Shown here in pieces: positions 19,898 to 29,988 of a DNA stretch of 64,000 nt. Both the position numbers and the translations under genes were made by a program. How positions within the stretch are numbered: position 1 is the first letter of the stretch; each line of letters begins with the position of its first letter. This DNA is from an uncultured Gemmatimonadales bacterium. Its GTDB lineage: Bacteria; Gemmatimonadota; Gemmatimonadetes; Longimicrobiales; Gaopeijiaceae. The stretch is from contig CAWELD010000010.1 of assembly GCA_963809895.1 (NCBI GenBank), forward strand, positions 704,001 to 768,000, read 5' to 3'. The notes under the pieces are model-generated. The model was not told the DNA's origin and did not search any database. It saw only the letters and a list, made by a program, of their open reading frames with translations.

Positions 19898-20095
19898 ATG
19901 CCCTCCCTCTACTTCGCCTACGGCTCCAACCTGTGTCTGCCGCGCCTGGGACACCGCCTGCCGGGAGTGCGCGCGCGTGGCGTGGCTGACGAGAAGCCGC
20001 TCCTGGACCGGGTCGAGGAGCTGGGGACTCCGGTGCGCGCCCGTCGGGAACGCGCGTTTCTCGCCAACCTCTCCGGAGGTGGCGTTCGTCCATGA
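19898..20095 (+). pseudogene. Gamma-glutamylcyclotransferase-like remnant
   Basis: LYFAYGSNL and EKPLLDRVEELG motifs are juxtaposed in only 65 aa. Confidence 0.65.
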
Positions 20096-20892
20096 CGGAC
20101 ACTGTCCCGGCGAGCCCCCCCGTCCCGGACGCGGTGGCTGCACGCTACGCCGACTGGACGTTCGGGGTGGCATATCAGGCCGTGCCGCAGGCGATCACCT
20201 ATCGGCTCGTCGACGCATCCGGCGAGACGCGGTACCTGAAGATCGCCCAGGTCACCTGGACGCCCAGCCCCGAGGACGAGGCCGACCGCATGCGCTGGGC
20301 GGCACGGTACATCCAGGTTCCGGAGGTCCTCGAGGCGGGGCGCGACCAGGAGGTGAGTTGGCTCGTCACCCGAGCGATGCGTGGGCACGACGCCACCTGG
20401 GAGGGATTCCGGTCCGGCCCGGAGGCGCTGGTGGTGCACCTGGCCAGGGGACTGCGGCGCTTCCACGAGATCCCGGTGGCGGCGTGCCCCTTCGACTTCA
20501 CCCTGGACGCGGCGCTGGCCCTCGCGCGGCGGCGCCTCGCCAACGGCCAGATCGATCCGGAGCGCGACTTTCACCGAGAGCACGCCCATCTGGGCGCCGC
20601 CGAGGCCGTGGAGACGCTCGAACGGACGCGGCCCCCGTCGGAAGACCTCGTGGTATGTCATGGGGATTATTGTCTGCCCAACGTCCTCCTGGAGGGTGGC
20701 CGGGTGACCGGATACCTGGACCTCGGCGAGCTGGGGGTCGCGGATCGCTGGTGGGATCTGTCGGTGGCGAGCTGGAGCGTCACCTGGAACCTCGGATCGG
20801 GGCTGGAGGATCTCTTCCTCGACGCGTACGGGGCCCGCCGCGACAACGGTCGCCTCGCGTTCTTTCGCCTGCTGTACGACGTCGTGTCCTGA
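20092..20892 (+). CDS. Aminoglycoside 3'-phosphotransferase-like protein
   Basis: YLK, LRRFHEIPVAACPF, VVCHGDYCLPN, YLDLGELGVADRWWDL. Confidence 0.9.
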   Translation: MTDTVPASPPVPDAVAARYADWTFGVAYQAVPQAITYRLVDASGETRYLKIAQVTWTPSPEDEADRMRWAARYIQVPEVLEAGRDQEVSWLVTRAMRGHDATWEGFRSGPEALVVHLARGLRRFHEIPVAACPFDFTLDAALALARRRLANGQIDPERDFHREHAHLGAAEAVETLERTRPPSEDLVVCHGDYCLPNVLLEGGRVTGYLDLGELGVADRWWDLSVASWSVTWNLGSGLEDLFLDAYGARRDNGRLAFFRLLYDVVS

Positions 20893-21019
20893 CACTGCGG
20901 GCCGCATCCTCTCACTCGAGGACGGGCTGCATCCGAGGGAGGGGTGGCGAGCCCGAATCCGGACGCGCATGTTCGAGCCGCAGTAAAATCGCACTGGCTA
21001 CGATTCGCAGGGGACGGCG

Positions 21020-22201
21020 ATGCAGCTTCGGGGACTGGTGGGATTGGCGGTGGGCTTCTGCCTCACGGCGTGCACGGCCGGTGGTGACGCGGGGCAGCCT
21101 GCCGCCCTGATGAGGGATTCGGCGGGAGTCCGCATCGTCGAACATCCTCCGGGCCCGACCGACACGGTGACGACACCCGACCTCACCATCGGCGAGGAAG
21201 GGGATACCCTCTACGAGTTCTTCAACGTCATGGGCGTGCAGGGGCTTGCATCGGGCAACATCGTGGTGGCCAACGGGGGCACGGCAGAGCTCCGCTTCTA
21301 CGACGCCGACGGACGCTATCTTCGGGCCGTGGGTGCTCAGGGGGACGGCCCCGCCGAGTTCGGGTTTCTCAACGGTGTGACCGTGCTGGACGCCGACACC
21401 GTCTTGGCGCGCGATCCCCGCCGACGCAGGATGGTCTTCTTCGACTCGGCCGGGACTTTCCTGCGCGGTCAATCGGTGGCCGCGGACCTGGGTGTGGAGA
21501 TGCCTACCGGACGCCCGATCTGCGCGGTCCCCTCGTTCATCGGCCGATTGCGCAACGGTGCTCGGCTGGTGAGCGGTTGGAGCTGCTACGACCTGAAGGG
21601 GTCGGACGGGATCCGGTCCCTCGACTACCCGCTCGCTCTGGTCCGGGACTCGGCGCGCCAGCCGCTACGGGTCCTCGCCATCCGAAACGTCTGGGAGCGG
21701 GGCGACGCCGATGATCCCCGAAGACAGGTGGAGTTCATGCCCTTCGGGGGCGTGCCGACCTTCGACGTGCACGGCGATTACATCGTTCTGTCTGAAGGCG
21801 TGGCCTACGCCGTCGAGGTCTACGACGATGCCGGACGGCTCGTCCGGATCCTGCGGGAGGACGAAGATCCTCCGGCGGTGACGGACGAGGACCGGGACCG
21901 GTACGTGGCGGCACTCGGGGACGAGGGGCGGACGCATCCATCCGACGTTCCCTTTCCCGAGACCTTCGGGGCCTACAGCGAGTTGCACATTTCGTACGAG
22001 GGCGACATCTGGGCGAGGAGAATGGCGCATCCGGGTGCCACAACGGGCCAATGGGCCGTCTTCTCTCCGGACGGGATGTCGATCCGCAGGATCGTGCTGC
22101 CCGACGCGCGCCTCCAGGGCGTCCGCGGCGGCTTCGCCTACATGGTGCGCACCGACTCGTTGGGGCTGCAGACTGTGGAGCGATACGAGGTGGGACGATG
22201 A
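21020..22201 (+). CDS. 6-bladed beta-propeller lipoprotein
   Basis: LTAC lipobox, RDSAGVRIVE, GAQGDGPAEF, TDSLGLQTVERY. Confidence 0.85.
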   Translation: MQLRGLVGLAVGFCLTACTAGGDAGQPAALMRDSAGVRIVEHPPGPTDTVTTPDLTIGEEGDTLYEFFNVMGVQGLASGNIVVANGGTAELRFYDADGRYLRAVGAQGDGPAEFGFLNGVTVLDADTVLARDPRRRRMVFFDSAGTFLRGQSVAADLGVEMPTGRPICAVPSFIGRLRNGARLVSGWSCYDLKGSDGIRSLDYPLALVRDSARQPLRVLAIRNVWERGDADDPRRQVEFMPFGGVPTFDVHGDYIVLSEGVAYAVEVYDDAGRLVRILREDEDPPAVTDEDRDRYVAALGDEGRTHPSDVPFPETFGAYSELHISYEGDIWARRMAHPGATTGQWAVFSPDGMSIRRIVLPDARLQGVRGGFAYMVRTDSLGLQTVERYEVGR

Positions 22202-23415
22202 GGATCCAGGCGCCGTGCCTTCTGATGGCCTTGCTGGCGGCCGGTTGCTCGGATGCCCCGGTCGGGACTCCCGAGGCGCTCCGTCGGGACAGCGCCGCCG
22301 TGCAGATCGTGGAGCACCCGCCCGGTGCCGTCGACGCCCTTCCGACGTGGCGCCTCGCCGACACCCCCGCGGTGCGGATCGGCGCGCTCGAAGGTGCCGA
22401 GGAGTACCGCTTCTATCGCATCGGAGGCTCCCTCGAGCTTCCCGGTGACACGCTCCTGGTAGTGAACGCCGGATCGCAGGAGCTCCGCTTCTACGACGGA
22501 GAGGGGCGCTTCGTGCGGAGCGTGGGCGGACGAGGCGAGGGGCCTGGCGAGTTCGCCGTCCCCACCGTGGTCTGGGAGCGCGCCGACTCTCTGGTGATCT
22601 GGGACGCCCGGCTGCACCGCCTGTCGTATTTCGATCACGCGGGCCGCTTCCTGCGCCTGGTCACCCCCGGGCGGGCCAGTGCCAACCCCGAGCTGTTGGG
22701 CGTGTTCGAGGATGGCTCCTTCCTGATCCAGGACCTGTGGCTGTCCCAGGTCAACGATGACATGAATCCCCAGTACCTCCACTTCGCGCGTTTCGGGGCC
22801 ACCGGGGAGTTCCTGGATTCGCTGCCGACGAAGACGTGGGGTCTCATCGGACGGCTGGGGGACTCGGGGCTGGTGGGCGGACCGCTCTTCGACAGCAAGA
22901 CCGTGACGGCCGGCGACACGCGGTCCTACTGGACGAGCCCGGGCGACGCACCGGAGGTGAGTCGTCACGCGCCCGACGGCAGTCTCACGCAGATCGTGCG
23001 CTGGTCGGAGGAGCCCCGGGCGGTCACCGACGCTCAGATCGACCGTTACTGGGGTGAGCGCATGGCGGCTTTCCAGGACAGCGAGAATTCCAACGCGCTC
23101 CGGCAGACCGAGGAGCTGCGGCGCTCCATGCCCGTCGCCGAGACCTTTCCGGTCGTGTCGGCGCTCCAGACCACGCGCGAGGGAGGGTTGTGGATTCAGC
23201 GCTACCACGCCCCGGTGGACGAGGGTCCCGAGGAGTGGCTGATCGTGGCGCCCGACGGTACCCTGTCCGCCCGGATCTTCCTTCCGGAGAACTTCCGCAT
23301 CCTCGAGGTAGCCGGAGGCTCGGTGGCCGGCGTGGAGACCGACGAACTGGACGTGGAGCGCTACGTCCGCTATCCGGTCGTGACGTCCGAGGTTGGAGGA
23401 GGCAGGCCAGGATGA
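22198..23415 (+). CDS. 6-bladed beta-propeller lipoprotein
   Basis: AAGC lipobox, RDSAAVQIVE, GGRGEGPGEF, TDELDVERYVRY. Confidence 0.85.
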   Translation: MRIQAPCLLMALLAAGCSDAPVGTPEALRRDSAAVQIVEHPPGAVDALPTWRLADTPAVRIGALEGAEEYRFYRIGGSLELPGDTLLVVNAGSQELRFYDGEGRFVRSVGGRGEGPGEFAVPTVVWERADSLVIWDARLHRLSYFDHAGRFLRLVTPGRASANPELLGVFEDGSFLIQDLWLSQVNDDMNPQYLHFARFGATGEFLDSLPTKTWGLIGRLGDSGLVGGPLFDSKTVTAGDTRSYWTSPGDAPEVSRHAPDGSLTQIVRWSEEPRAVTDAQIDRYWGERMAAFQDSENSNALRQTEELRRSMPVAETFPVVSALQTTREGGLWIQRYHAPVDEGPEEWLIVAPDGTLSARIFLPENFRILEVAGGSVAGVETDELDVERYVRYPVVTSEVGGGRPG

Positions 23416-23951
23416 ACATCCGTGATGCCCAGCGCGAGCTCCGCTCGGCCTTTCTGGGTGGGTTCGTCGGACAGCTCGTGTCGGCGGTTCTATGGCTCGG
23501 TTCGGCCGCGCTCGCCGTGTGGAGCACCCCCCGGAACGCCATTCTCTTTCTGGTCATCGCCGGCTTCTTCATCTTTCCCCTCACGCAGCTCGGCCTCCGG
23601 TTGATGGGTCGGTCGGGCCGCGTCGGCGGCGAGAACACCCTGGGCGCCCTGGGGGCGCAGGTGGCTTTCGTGCTGCCTCTGTGCCTTCCGCTGGTGGCGG
23701 CGGCGGCGCTCTACCGCCTGGAGTGGTTCTACCCGGCCTTCATGATCGCGCTGGGCGCCCACTACCTGCCGTTCGCCTTTCTCTATGGAATGCGCATGTT
23801 CGCCGCGCTGGCCGGCGTCCTGTGGGTCTCCGGCGTGCTCCTGGGCACCCGGCTCGACCTCGGCTTCTCGGCCGGCGCCTGGTGGACGGGATGCGTGCTG
23901 GTGGTCTTTGCCATCCTCGGGCGGGCGCTGGTCCGGCGGGAGGAGGGGTGA
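23412..23951 (+). CDS. Multi-pass membrane protein of unknown function
   Basis: About 6 TM helices. WFYPAFMIALGAHYLPF motif. Confidence 0.75.
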   Translation: MNIRDAQRELRSAFLGGFVGQLVSAVLWLGSAALAVWSTPRNAILFLVIAGFFIFPLTQLGLRLMGRSGRVGGENTLGALGAQVAFVLPLCLPLVAAAALYRLEWFYPAFMIALGAHYLPFAFLYGMRMFAALAGVLWVSGVLLGTRLDLGFSAGAWWTGCVLVVFAILGRALVRREEG

Positions 23952-24038
23952 GGTCAGTCGAGTGCCACGGGCTCTTGCCGTTGCGCGGAGGCCCGCGGTA
24001 GGGCGGCGAACACACTCAAACACGGGAGCAAGAGGGCG

Positions 24039-25184
24039 ATGTGGTCGAGTGGATCGATCCTGGGGATCACCGTGGTGGTCACGGGCTTGGCGGGATGGTT
24101 GCCGCGTCCTGCCCCGGTGTTCAAGTGCCAAGGGCCGGGTGGCGACCCGCTGGCGGCCATCGACGGCGAGCTCTCGGATCTCGGCATGGAAGCGCTCGCG
24201 GGCGGCGAATTCATCCGGATCGAGGTCGTGTGCTTCGATCCGCGTGACTCGACGTTCAACTCGGACACTGGCCTCGATGTCGTGTCCGCCTGGACACGGA
24301 CCGGGCCATACTCGCAGCTCGAGCCGGCGTTGTCGGCGGTGGTGGAGGCCCAGGACAGGTATCTGCGGGCGCAAGGTCACTACGCCGACAAGTTGGACGC
24401 CCTTGATCTTCCGCCGGTCGCGGGCAGCGTGAGCCTTCGTCTGGAGGCGACTCCCGAGGGCTGGACGGGCACGGCCGGGCTCGCCCGTCTCTTCATGACC
24501 TGCTACGTCTTCGACGGCGCCGCGGCTCCACCCACCGCGGGCCTCACGCCCCGGGTGCCTCAATGCGTTCCCACCCGGGAACCGATGACGGCCCAGCGCC
24601 TTCCGGCGAACCCCGAAGCCGACTTCCGTGCGCTCGAGGAGGCACTGCTCTCGCCGCGTGTGGTGCGCATGGACTTCCACGTCACCGCCACGGGGGCAGC
24701 GGAGATCGAGGTGCGGGGGAGTCTCTCCGTCGACGCTCAGGGCGAGATCGAGCTCACCGCTCAGGGCGAGTTCGGCGGTCAGCCGGTGGACCTGGCCCTC
24801 CAGACCTCGGGAGAGGAATACGAATTCGGGAACGGTCCAGACCGGGTGCGCGAGCCACGACCTCCGGAGCTGCGCCAGGCATTGATGCTCGGGTTGACCC
24901 GCATGGGAATCCTGCACAACCTCGCGCGGCTCACGGGCAACGCGGCGCCGGATCACGCCGACGGGGGTGCGGACGACTGGGTACAGGCCCACGGCTTCGA
25001 CCAGGGCGAAACGCCGGGGTCGGTGGCCTTCGAACTCACTGTCGCCGGACAATCCTCGGGATCAGCAGAGCTCCAGTTCGATGCCCAGGGCCGTCCCGTG
25101 ATCCGCCATCAGACGGTGAACTTCCCGACGGGTGTGATGAATGTGGTCGAGCGGTACGAGAATGTGGTGATCCGGCGTGACTGA
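24039..25184 (+). CDS. Exported two-domain hypothetical protein (pilin-like domain plus beta-rich domain)
   Basis: AQDRYLRAQGHYADKLDAL...GWTGTA...TCYVF...VPQC, followed by an unrelated domain starting MTAQRLP. Confidence 0.6.
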   Translation: MWSSGSILGITVVVTGLAGWLPRPAPVFKCQGPGGDPLAAIDGELSDLGMEALAGGEFIRIEVVCFDPRDSTFNSDTGLDVVSAWTRTGPYSQLEPALSAVVEAQDRYLRAQGHYADKLDALDLPPVAGSVSLRLEATPEGWTGTAGLARLFMTCYVFDGAAAPPTAGLTPRVPQCVPTREPMTAQRLPANPEADFRALEEALLSPRVVRMDFHVTATGAAEIEVRGSLSVDAQGEIELTAQGEFGGQPVDLALQTSGEEYEFGNGPDRVREPRPPELRQALMLGLTRMGILHNLARLTGNAAPDHADGGADDWVQAHGFDQGETPGSVAFELTVAGQSSGSAELQFDAQGRPVIRHQTVNFPTGVMNVVERYENVVIRRD

Positions 25185-25635
25185 TGCGGCGCCCGACGCG
25201 GACGGCGTCCTGACTCTCGAATCCCGGAACACGGGCGAGCGGCTCCAGCTGCGGCGTCATGTCACGGTGCCGGCCGGAGGGTCGGTGGCGTTCTCCAGGG
25301 GAAGCGCCCACCGCTGGTGGAACGAGGGTGACGAGACGCTGGTCTTCGAAGGTCGGGCGTCACCGGCCGACGACCTGGACCGATACCTCCAGGCCGTCTT
25401 CGAGGCCTTCAACGCGGGGCCGGCCGATCGGCCTCCGCTCTTCTACATGGCGCACGTGCTGCACCGGCACCGGAAGACGCAGATCGCGTTGGTGGTGCCG
25501 CCGCTCGTCCAGCGACTCCTGTTCCCGTTGGTCATCGGGGTCGGACGGCTCCTGGGCAAGTACCGCGGGACGGATTGGCCGGGGTGCCCGGCACGCTGCG
25601 GCGGAGCGCCTACGCCGAGCACGGACGCCCGGTAG
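25177..25635 (+). CDS. Cupin-domain protein lacking the first cupin motif (possible internal deletion)
   Basis: GGSVAFSRGSAHRWWNEG (motif 2) is present. No HxHxxxxE motif 1. Confidence 0.6.
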   Translation: MTDAAPDADGVLTLESRNTGERLQLRRHVTVPAGGSVAFSRGSAHRWWNEGDETLVFEGRASPADDLDRYLQAVFEAFNAGPADRPPLFYMAHVLHRHRKTQIALVVPPLVQRLLFPLVIGVGRLLGKYRGTDWPGCPARCGGAPTPSTDAR

Positions 25636-25640
25636 CGAAA

Positions 25641-25672
25641 CAGGGGGGCGGCCCGCCGGGACCGCCCCCCCT
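25641..25672. terminator. Hairpin terminator between convergent genes
   Basis: CAGGGGGGCGG...CCGCCCCCCTG perfect 11-bp stem. TTT follows on the minus strand. Confidence 0.75.
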
Positions 25673-25681
25673 GATCATCGA

Positions 25682-27280
25682 TCAGTTGCCGACGCGCTGG
25701 ATGCGCTCGAACTGGGCGATGGCGTTGAGATGCTGGATCAGCGCTCGCAGCTCGGACAGCCGCGACGTGGTCAGCGAGTTCTGGGCCGTCACCACCTCGT
25801 AGTTCGTGGCGGCGCCGACCTCGAAACGCGCCAGCTCCGCCTCGACGTTCTGCTGGGCCGCGTCGCTCGCCCGCTGCGCGGCCTGGTACTGCAGGAGCGT
25901 GTTGTTCACCGAGAGGCCGGCGCTGGTGACCTGCGTCACCACGGTCAGCTCCTGTGCTTTCAGCGACAGTTGCTGCTGGCGGGCCTGCAGCCGCGCCCGC
26001 TCGAGATTGATCTTGTCCGAATTGATCCCGAGCGGATACGAGGCGTTGAGCGTGAGGCCCCACGTCGGCGTGTCGAAGTCGGCGATGGACTGGAGGCCGT
26101 CCAGGTAGCCGCCCCGCTGGACGAGCACCGGATCGCCTCCGAGCTGATCGCGCTCGAAGAGGTTTCCGCCGACTCCCTGCAACGAGTACGACGCCGTCAG
26201 GTTCAGGCTAGGCAGCCGGTTCGACCGGGATACCTCGAGGTTCACGTCGGTGATCTGCTGCTGAGCCTTGATCTGCTGCAGATCGGTACGCTCCCGCAGC
26301 GCGACCTCGATGGCCTGCTGGATGTCCACGGCCTGATCGGCCAGCTCGGGCTGATCCGTGGGGTTGATGGTCTCGGTCAGGAGCGTGTCGTCGGCGCCCG
26401 TGAGCAGGAGTTGTTTGAGAATGAGCTCCTGGTTGCGCCACTGGATCTGGGCGTTGAGCAGGGCCTGCTCGGAGCTGGCCACCTGGGCCTCCGCCTGGAC
26501 GACCTGATACTCGGTGCCGCGGCCGAGCCGCGCACGCACGCGGTTCTGGTCCGCCAGCTCCCGGGCCTGCGCCAGGCTGCGCTGCTGGATCTCGATCTGT
26601 TCGATAGCCGCCCGAAGTCCCCAGTACGCCTCGCGCACCTGGCCCACGACGTTCTCGACCTGCGACCGAACCTGGAGATCGGTGATGTGCGTCTGGATCT
26701 CCTGCGTCTCCAGCGAAGCCCGCTGGTTGTCCATCTTGAACCCGGCCAGCAGGGGCTGGGTGAAGCTCAAGCTCACCGACGACGAGTAGCTGGGATTGCG
26801 CGTCGAGAAGGCGTTGTTGGACTCGGTGCGGCGGTTGTTGAAGTTGGCGTTGAGGCGTGCCCCGTACCACGGAAGCTGCTCGGACAGCGACGAGTTGAAC
26901 GTGTGTTGCTTGGTCGTGGTCCTGCTGCCACCGTCCAGCTGGCTGGTAGATTGATTCACAGAGTTGTTGTAGCCGAACGTGCTGCTCAACGTCGGCGTGA
27001 AGGCGGCGCGGGCCGCCCGCAGGGCGTATTCCTGGATCGCCGGGTTGAGCCTGGCGCTCTGGAGGTTCAGGTTGGCTTCCAGCGCCCGGGAGACGGCGTC
27101 TTCGAGCGTCATGGAGACCATGGTCTGGCCTTCCTCGAGCGGCGGCAGGGCTTCGCCCACGACGTAGGGCTCCAGCCGTTCGATGGGCTTCTTGGCCTCT
27201 TCCTGCGCAGAGGAAGACATGGGGACGGCGAGCGTCGAAAGAACGACAAGCGCGCCGAGTCCTCGCGTGCACCTCGTCAT
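25682..27280 (-). CDS. TolC-family outer-membrane efflux protein
   Basis: MTLEDAVSRALEANLNL, VREAYWGL, ARFEVGAATNYEVVTAQ. Signal peptide. Confidence 0.9.
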   Translation of the reverse strand: MTRCTRGLGALVVLSTLAVPMSSSAQEEAKKPIERLEPYVVGEALPPLEEGQTMVSMTLEDAVSRALEANLNLQSARLNPAIQEYALRAARAAFTPTLSSTFGYNNSVNQSTSQLDGGSRTTTKQHTFNSSLSEQLPWYGARLNANFNNRRTESNNAFSTRNPSYSSSVSLSFTQPLLAGFKMDNQRASLETQEIQTHITDLQVRSQVENVVGQVREAYWGLRAAIEQIEIQQRSLAQARELADQNRVRARLGRGTEYQVVQAEAQVASSEQALLNAQIQWRNQELILKQLLLTGADDTLLTETINPTDQPELADQAVDIQQAIEVALRERTDLQQIKAQQQITDVNLEVSRSNRLPSLNLTASYSLQGVGGNLFERDQLGGDPVLVQRGGYLDGLQSIADFDTPTWGLTLNASYPLGINSDKINLERARLQARQQQLSLKAQELTVVTQVTSAGLSVNNTLLQYQAAQRASDAAQQNVEAELARFEVGAATNYEVVTAQNSLTTSRLSELRALIQHLNAIAQFERIQRVGN

Positions 27281-27399
27281 CTTCACCCTCGGGTTGCAGA
27301 GGTTCGGGTCCGTGGTGTGGGGTCGACGCGCCTGGCGCGCCGTCCACTTCTCTCGCAAAGACAGCTTCGTCCCCGTTTTCGTTAGCTAAGGGAGATCCG

Positions 27400-27942
27400 A
27401 TGCCGCGTCACGTCGCTTTTCTCAGAGGGATCAACGTCGGTGGCCACCGGGTCAAGATGGCCCGGCTCCGCGAGATCTTCGAAGAGGCCGGCTGCCGACA
27501 CGTCGCGACCTTCATTGCGAGCGGCAACGTGGTCTTCGAGGGTGGTGTCGAAGATCATGAGCGCCTGGAAGCGGCGCTTGAGGCGCGATTGGAGGCTGCC
27601 CTGGGCTTCGAGGCGGCGACGTTTCTACGGCCTCTGGACCGGCTCCGGGAGATCACGACGACGGAGTTGCCACCGGCCTCGGACGACGACGCCTTCAACG
27701 TCCACGTCTTCTTTCTCCGCACCGAGTCGGATGACGACATGAAGCGACGGCTGAAGGAGTTGGAGTCGCCGGAGGACGTCTTCCACGCCGTCGGGCGGGA
27801 GGTCTTCTGGCATCGGCGAGGACGGATGACGGACTCCCCCATATCGACGGCTGACCTGACGCGGGCGCTCGGGGGCCCGGACCAGACGTCGCGGAACATG
27901 AACACGCTGAGGCGCATGGTCGCCAGGTTCGGGGACGAGTAG
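27400..27942 (+). CDS. DUF1697-family protein
   Basis: VAFLRGINVGGHRVKM...TFIASGNVVF...TSRNMNT. Confidence 0.9.
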   Translation: MPRHVAFLRGINVGGHRVKMARLREIFEEAGCRHVATFIASGNVVFEGGVEDHERLEAALEARLEAALGFEAATFLRPLDRLREITTTELPPASDDDAFNVHVFFLRTESDDDMKRRLKELESPEDVFHAVGREVFWHRRGRMTDSPISTADLTRALGGPDQTSRNMNTLRRMVARFGDE

Positions 27943-27944
27943 CG

Positions 27945-29140
27945 ATGAGAGACGCCTGGCGAACGCTGGCCGCGATCGCGACCGTGGTCGCGTTCACCGG
28001 CCCAGCCGCCTGTGGCGAGGTCTCGCGCGATTCGGGTGGCGGACAAGCGCGTGACAGCGCCGGCACGCGTGTCATCGAGCTGCCCGAGCCCGAGGAGACC
28101 CCGGAGCGCGTGCTCGCACTGGATACCACCTGGTCTGCGCGTCCGGCGCTCGAGCTGGGCGACCTTTCCGACGTGGACGTGACCCCAAACGGCGGCGTGC
28201 TGCTCCTCGATCGGCTCGCTGCCCAGGTCATTCGTCTGGACGCTGAGGGCGCGGTGACCGCCCGCTTCGGGCGAGCCGGCGCCGGCCCCGGCGAGTTCGA
28301 CCCGCGGGGACTGAGCGTTCTGGTCGTCACCGACTCGAGCGTGCTCGTGCCGGACCTCTTCCAGCAGCGCGTCACCGAGCTCTCACTGGTTCTGGCGACG
28401 TCCTCGGAACCAGGCCGTACCCGGAGTCCGGCAGCTACGCGGTGGACTGGCGGAGACACCCCGAAGGGGGATTGGCGTATCGGGTCCTCGCCGAGTCCGG
28501 CGACCGCCTCCTGCGCTGGGATGGAGCCGAGTTGGACACGCTCCTGACGCTGCCGCCCGAAGGCGCCGAGCCCAACACGTTGCTGCCGCCCGTTCCGCTG
28601 TGGGACATCACCGCCGGCGGGGATCTCGTGGTGGGCTCGTCGGCATCCTCGAGCGTGGAGCGCCGGCGCGGCGCGACGGGCGAGGTCGTGTGGATCTCAC
28701 GCCACCGGGAGACCCCGCCGCCGCTGTCCGATCAGGGCCGGTCCCACCTGGAGGACGTGCTGGTGGCCTCGGTGGAGCAGCGCAGTGGCGCGGCCGTGCC
28801 ACGAGAGGCCCGGGCGCAGCTGCTGGCGCAGATGACCTTTCCCGAACGGTCCCCGGTGCTGGCGGACCTGCGCATCGCTCCCGATGGCCGCATCTGGGTT
28901 CGGCGCGCCCGCCCTGTGGAGGACATGGATCGCGAGGCCCTGCGCGTGGGCAGCGCGGCGGGCTTCGGAGGCGAGCACTGGGAGATCCTCAACGCCGACG
29001 GACGGCTGGAGGCGCGCGTGCGCATGCCCCGGCGCTTCGTCCCCCGCGCGTTCCATGGATCGTGGCTCTACGGGATCCTCACGGACGAGCTGGGAGTCCA
29101 GCACCCCGCCCGGGTCGGCTCAGGAGTCCTCGGCCCCTGA
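27945..29140 (+). pseudogene. 6-bladed beta-propeller lipoprotein, frameshifted at about 28389
   Basis: RDSAGTRVIE and GRAGAGPGEF in frame 1. SGDVLGTRPYPE...TDELGVQHPAR in frame 2. Confidence 0.75.
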
Positions 29141-29836
29141 GCTGTCGGAGCGGCCGGCGGGCAGGGTTCCGGCTCGCTGCACCAGCCGCTGCATGAGGGC
29201 GTCGACGCGTGCCTGGCTGCGAGCACACAGGGCCCTCCAGAACACCCGCCCTACGCCGAATCCCACGGCGCCACCCGTAACCGCGGCTGCGAGGAGCGGG
29301 AGGCCGAGCAGACCCGCGGGCCCGCCGAGACCCACGCCGAGCATGGCTCCCCATGCGGTGGGAAGGAGGGTCGCGATGCGGCGGACTCTCGGCACGAAGC
29401 GTTCCTCGACCCGCAAGACGGTCTCGTCGGCCTCGGGGCTCACGGCCACCTGCGCGCTGTGGAAGCGGTCCCGACCGGTCCAGCGAACCTCGCCCAGCGC
29501 TTCGGTGACCGTGCCTTGTAGCTCGGCGGCGCCGTCCACGACCCGGATCATCTCCAGCGTCCTCTCGCGGTCGACCGGCCCGCCGAGCGCATGGATGGCC
29601 TTGGCAACGCCCGGGGGGCCGAGCAACCCCCGGGGCGCGGACAGACGGGTCGAGGCCAGCTCCGCGACGGCTCGATCCACCAGCCCCGGCGCGATGCCCA
29701 CTTCGCCTGCGATCTCCTTGAGGTCGGTCAAGGTCAGGCCGCGAGCCCGCGGCGTCTCACCGGTCTCGACCTCCAGGCTGGAAGCCCGCTGAAGGACCTT
29801 CGCCACCTCCTGGTCCGTGAACCGTCGCTCACTCAT
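29120..29836 (-). CDS. Hypothetical membrane protein (paralogue family)
   Basis: FTDQEVAKVLQRA...LTLTDLKEIAGEVGIAPGLVDRAVAEL. C-terminal Gly-rich TM hairpin. Confidence 0.8.
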   Translation of the reverse strand: MSERRFTDQEVAKVLQRASSLEVETGETPRARGLTLTDLKEIAGEVGIAPGLVDRAVAELASTRLSAPRGLLGPPGVAKAIHALGGPVDRERTLEMIRVVDGAAELQGTVTEALGEVRWTGRDRFHSAQVAVSPEADETVLRVEERFVPRVRRIATLLPTAWGAMLGVGLGGPAGLLGLPLLAAAVTGGAVGFGVGRVFWRALCARSQARVDALMQRLVQRAGTLPAGRSDSSGAEDS

Positions 29837-29988
29837 GGGTGTGGGCCTCCTGTGCGCCCGATCGGGGTGGACGCGGACGAGGGTCTCGCAGGGAACCTCG
29901 ACAGAGTAGGCGTGGCGGCGTGCCCCCGACAGCCGCGGCCACGCCGGCCTTCCTTGCGGTGTGCAGCCGTCCGGCGTGATCGTGTGCC

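Noticed and set aside
20995..21010. Possible sigma54 site TGGCTACGATTCGCAG
   Set aside because: GG-to-GC spacing is one base short.
25259..27385. 708-aa ORF opposite tolC
   Set aside because: Antisense shadow ORF.
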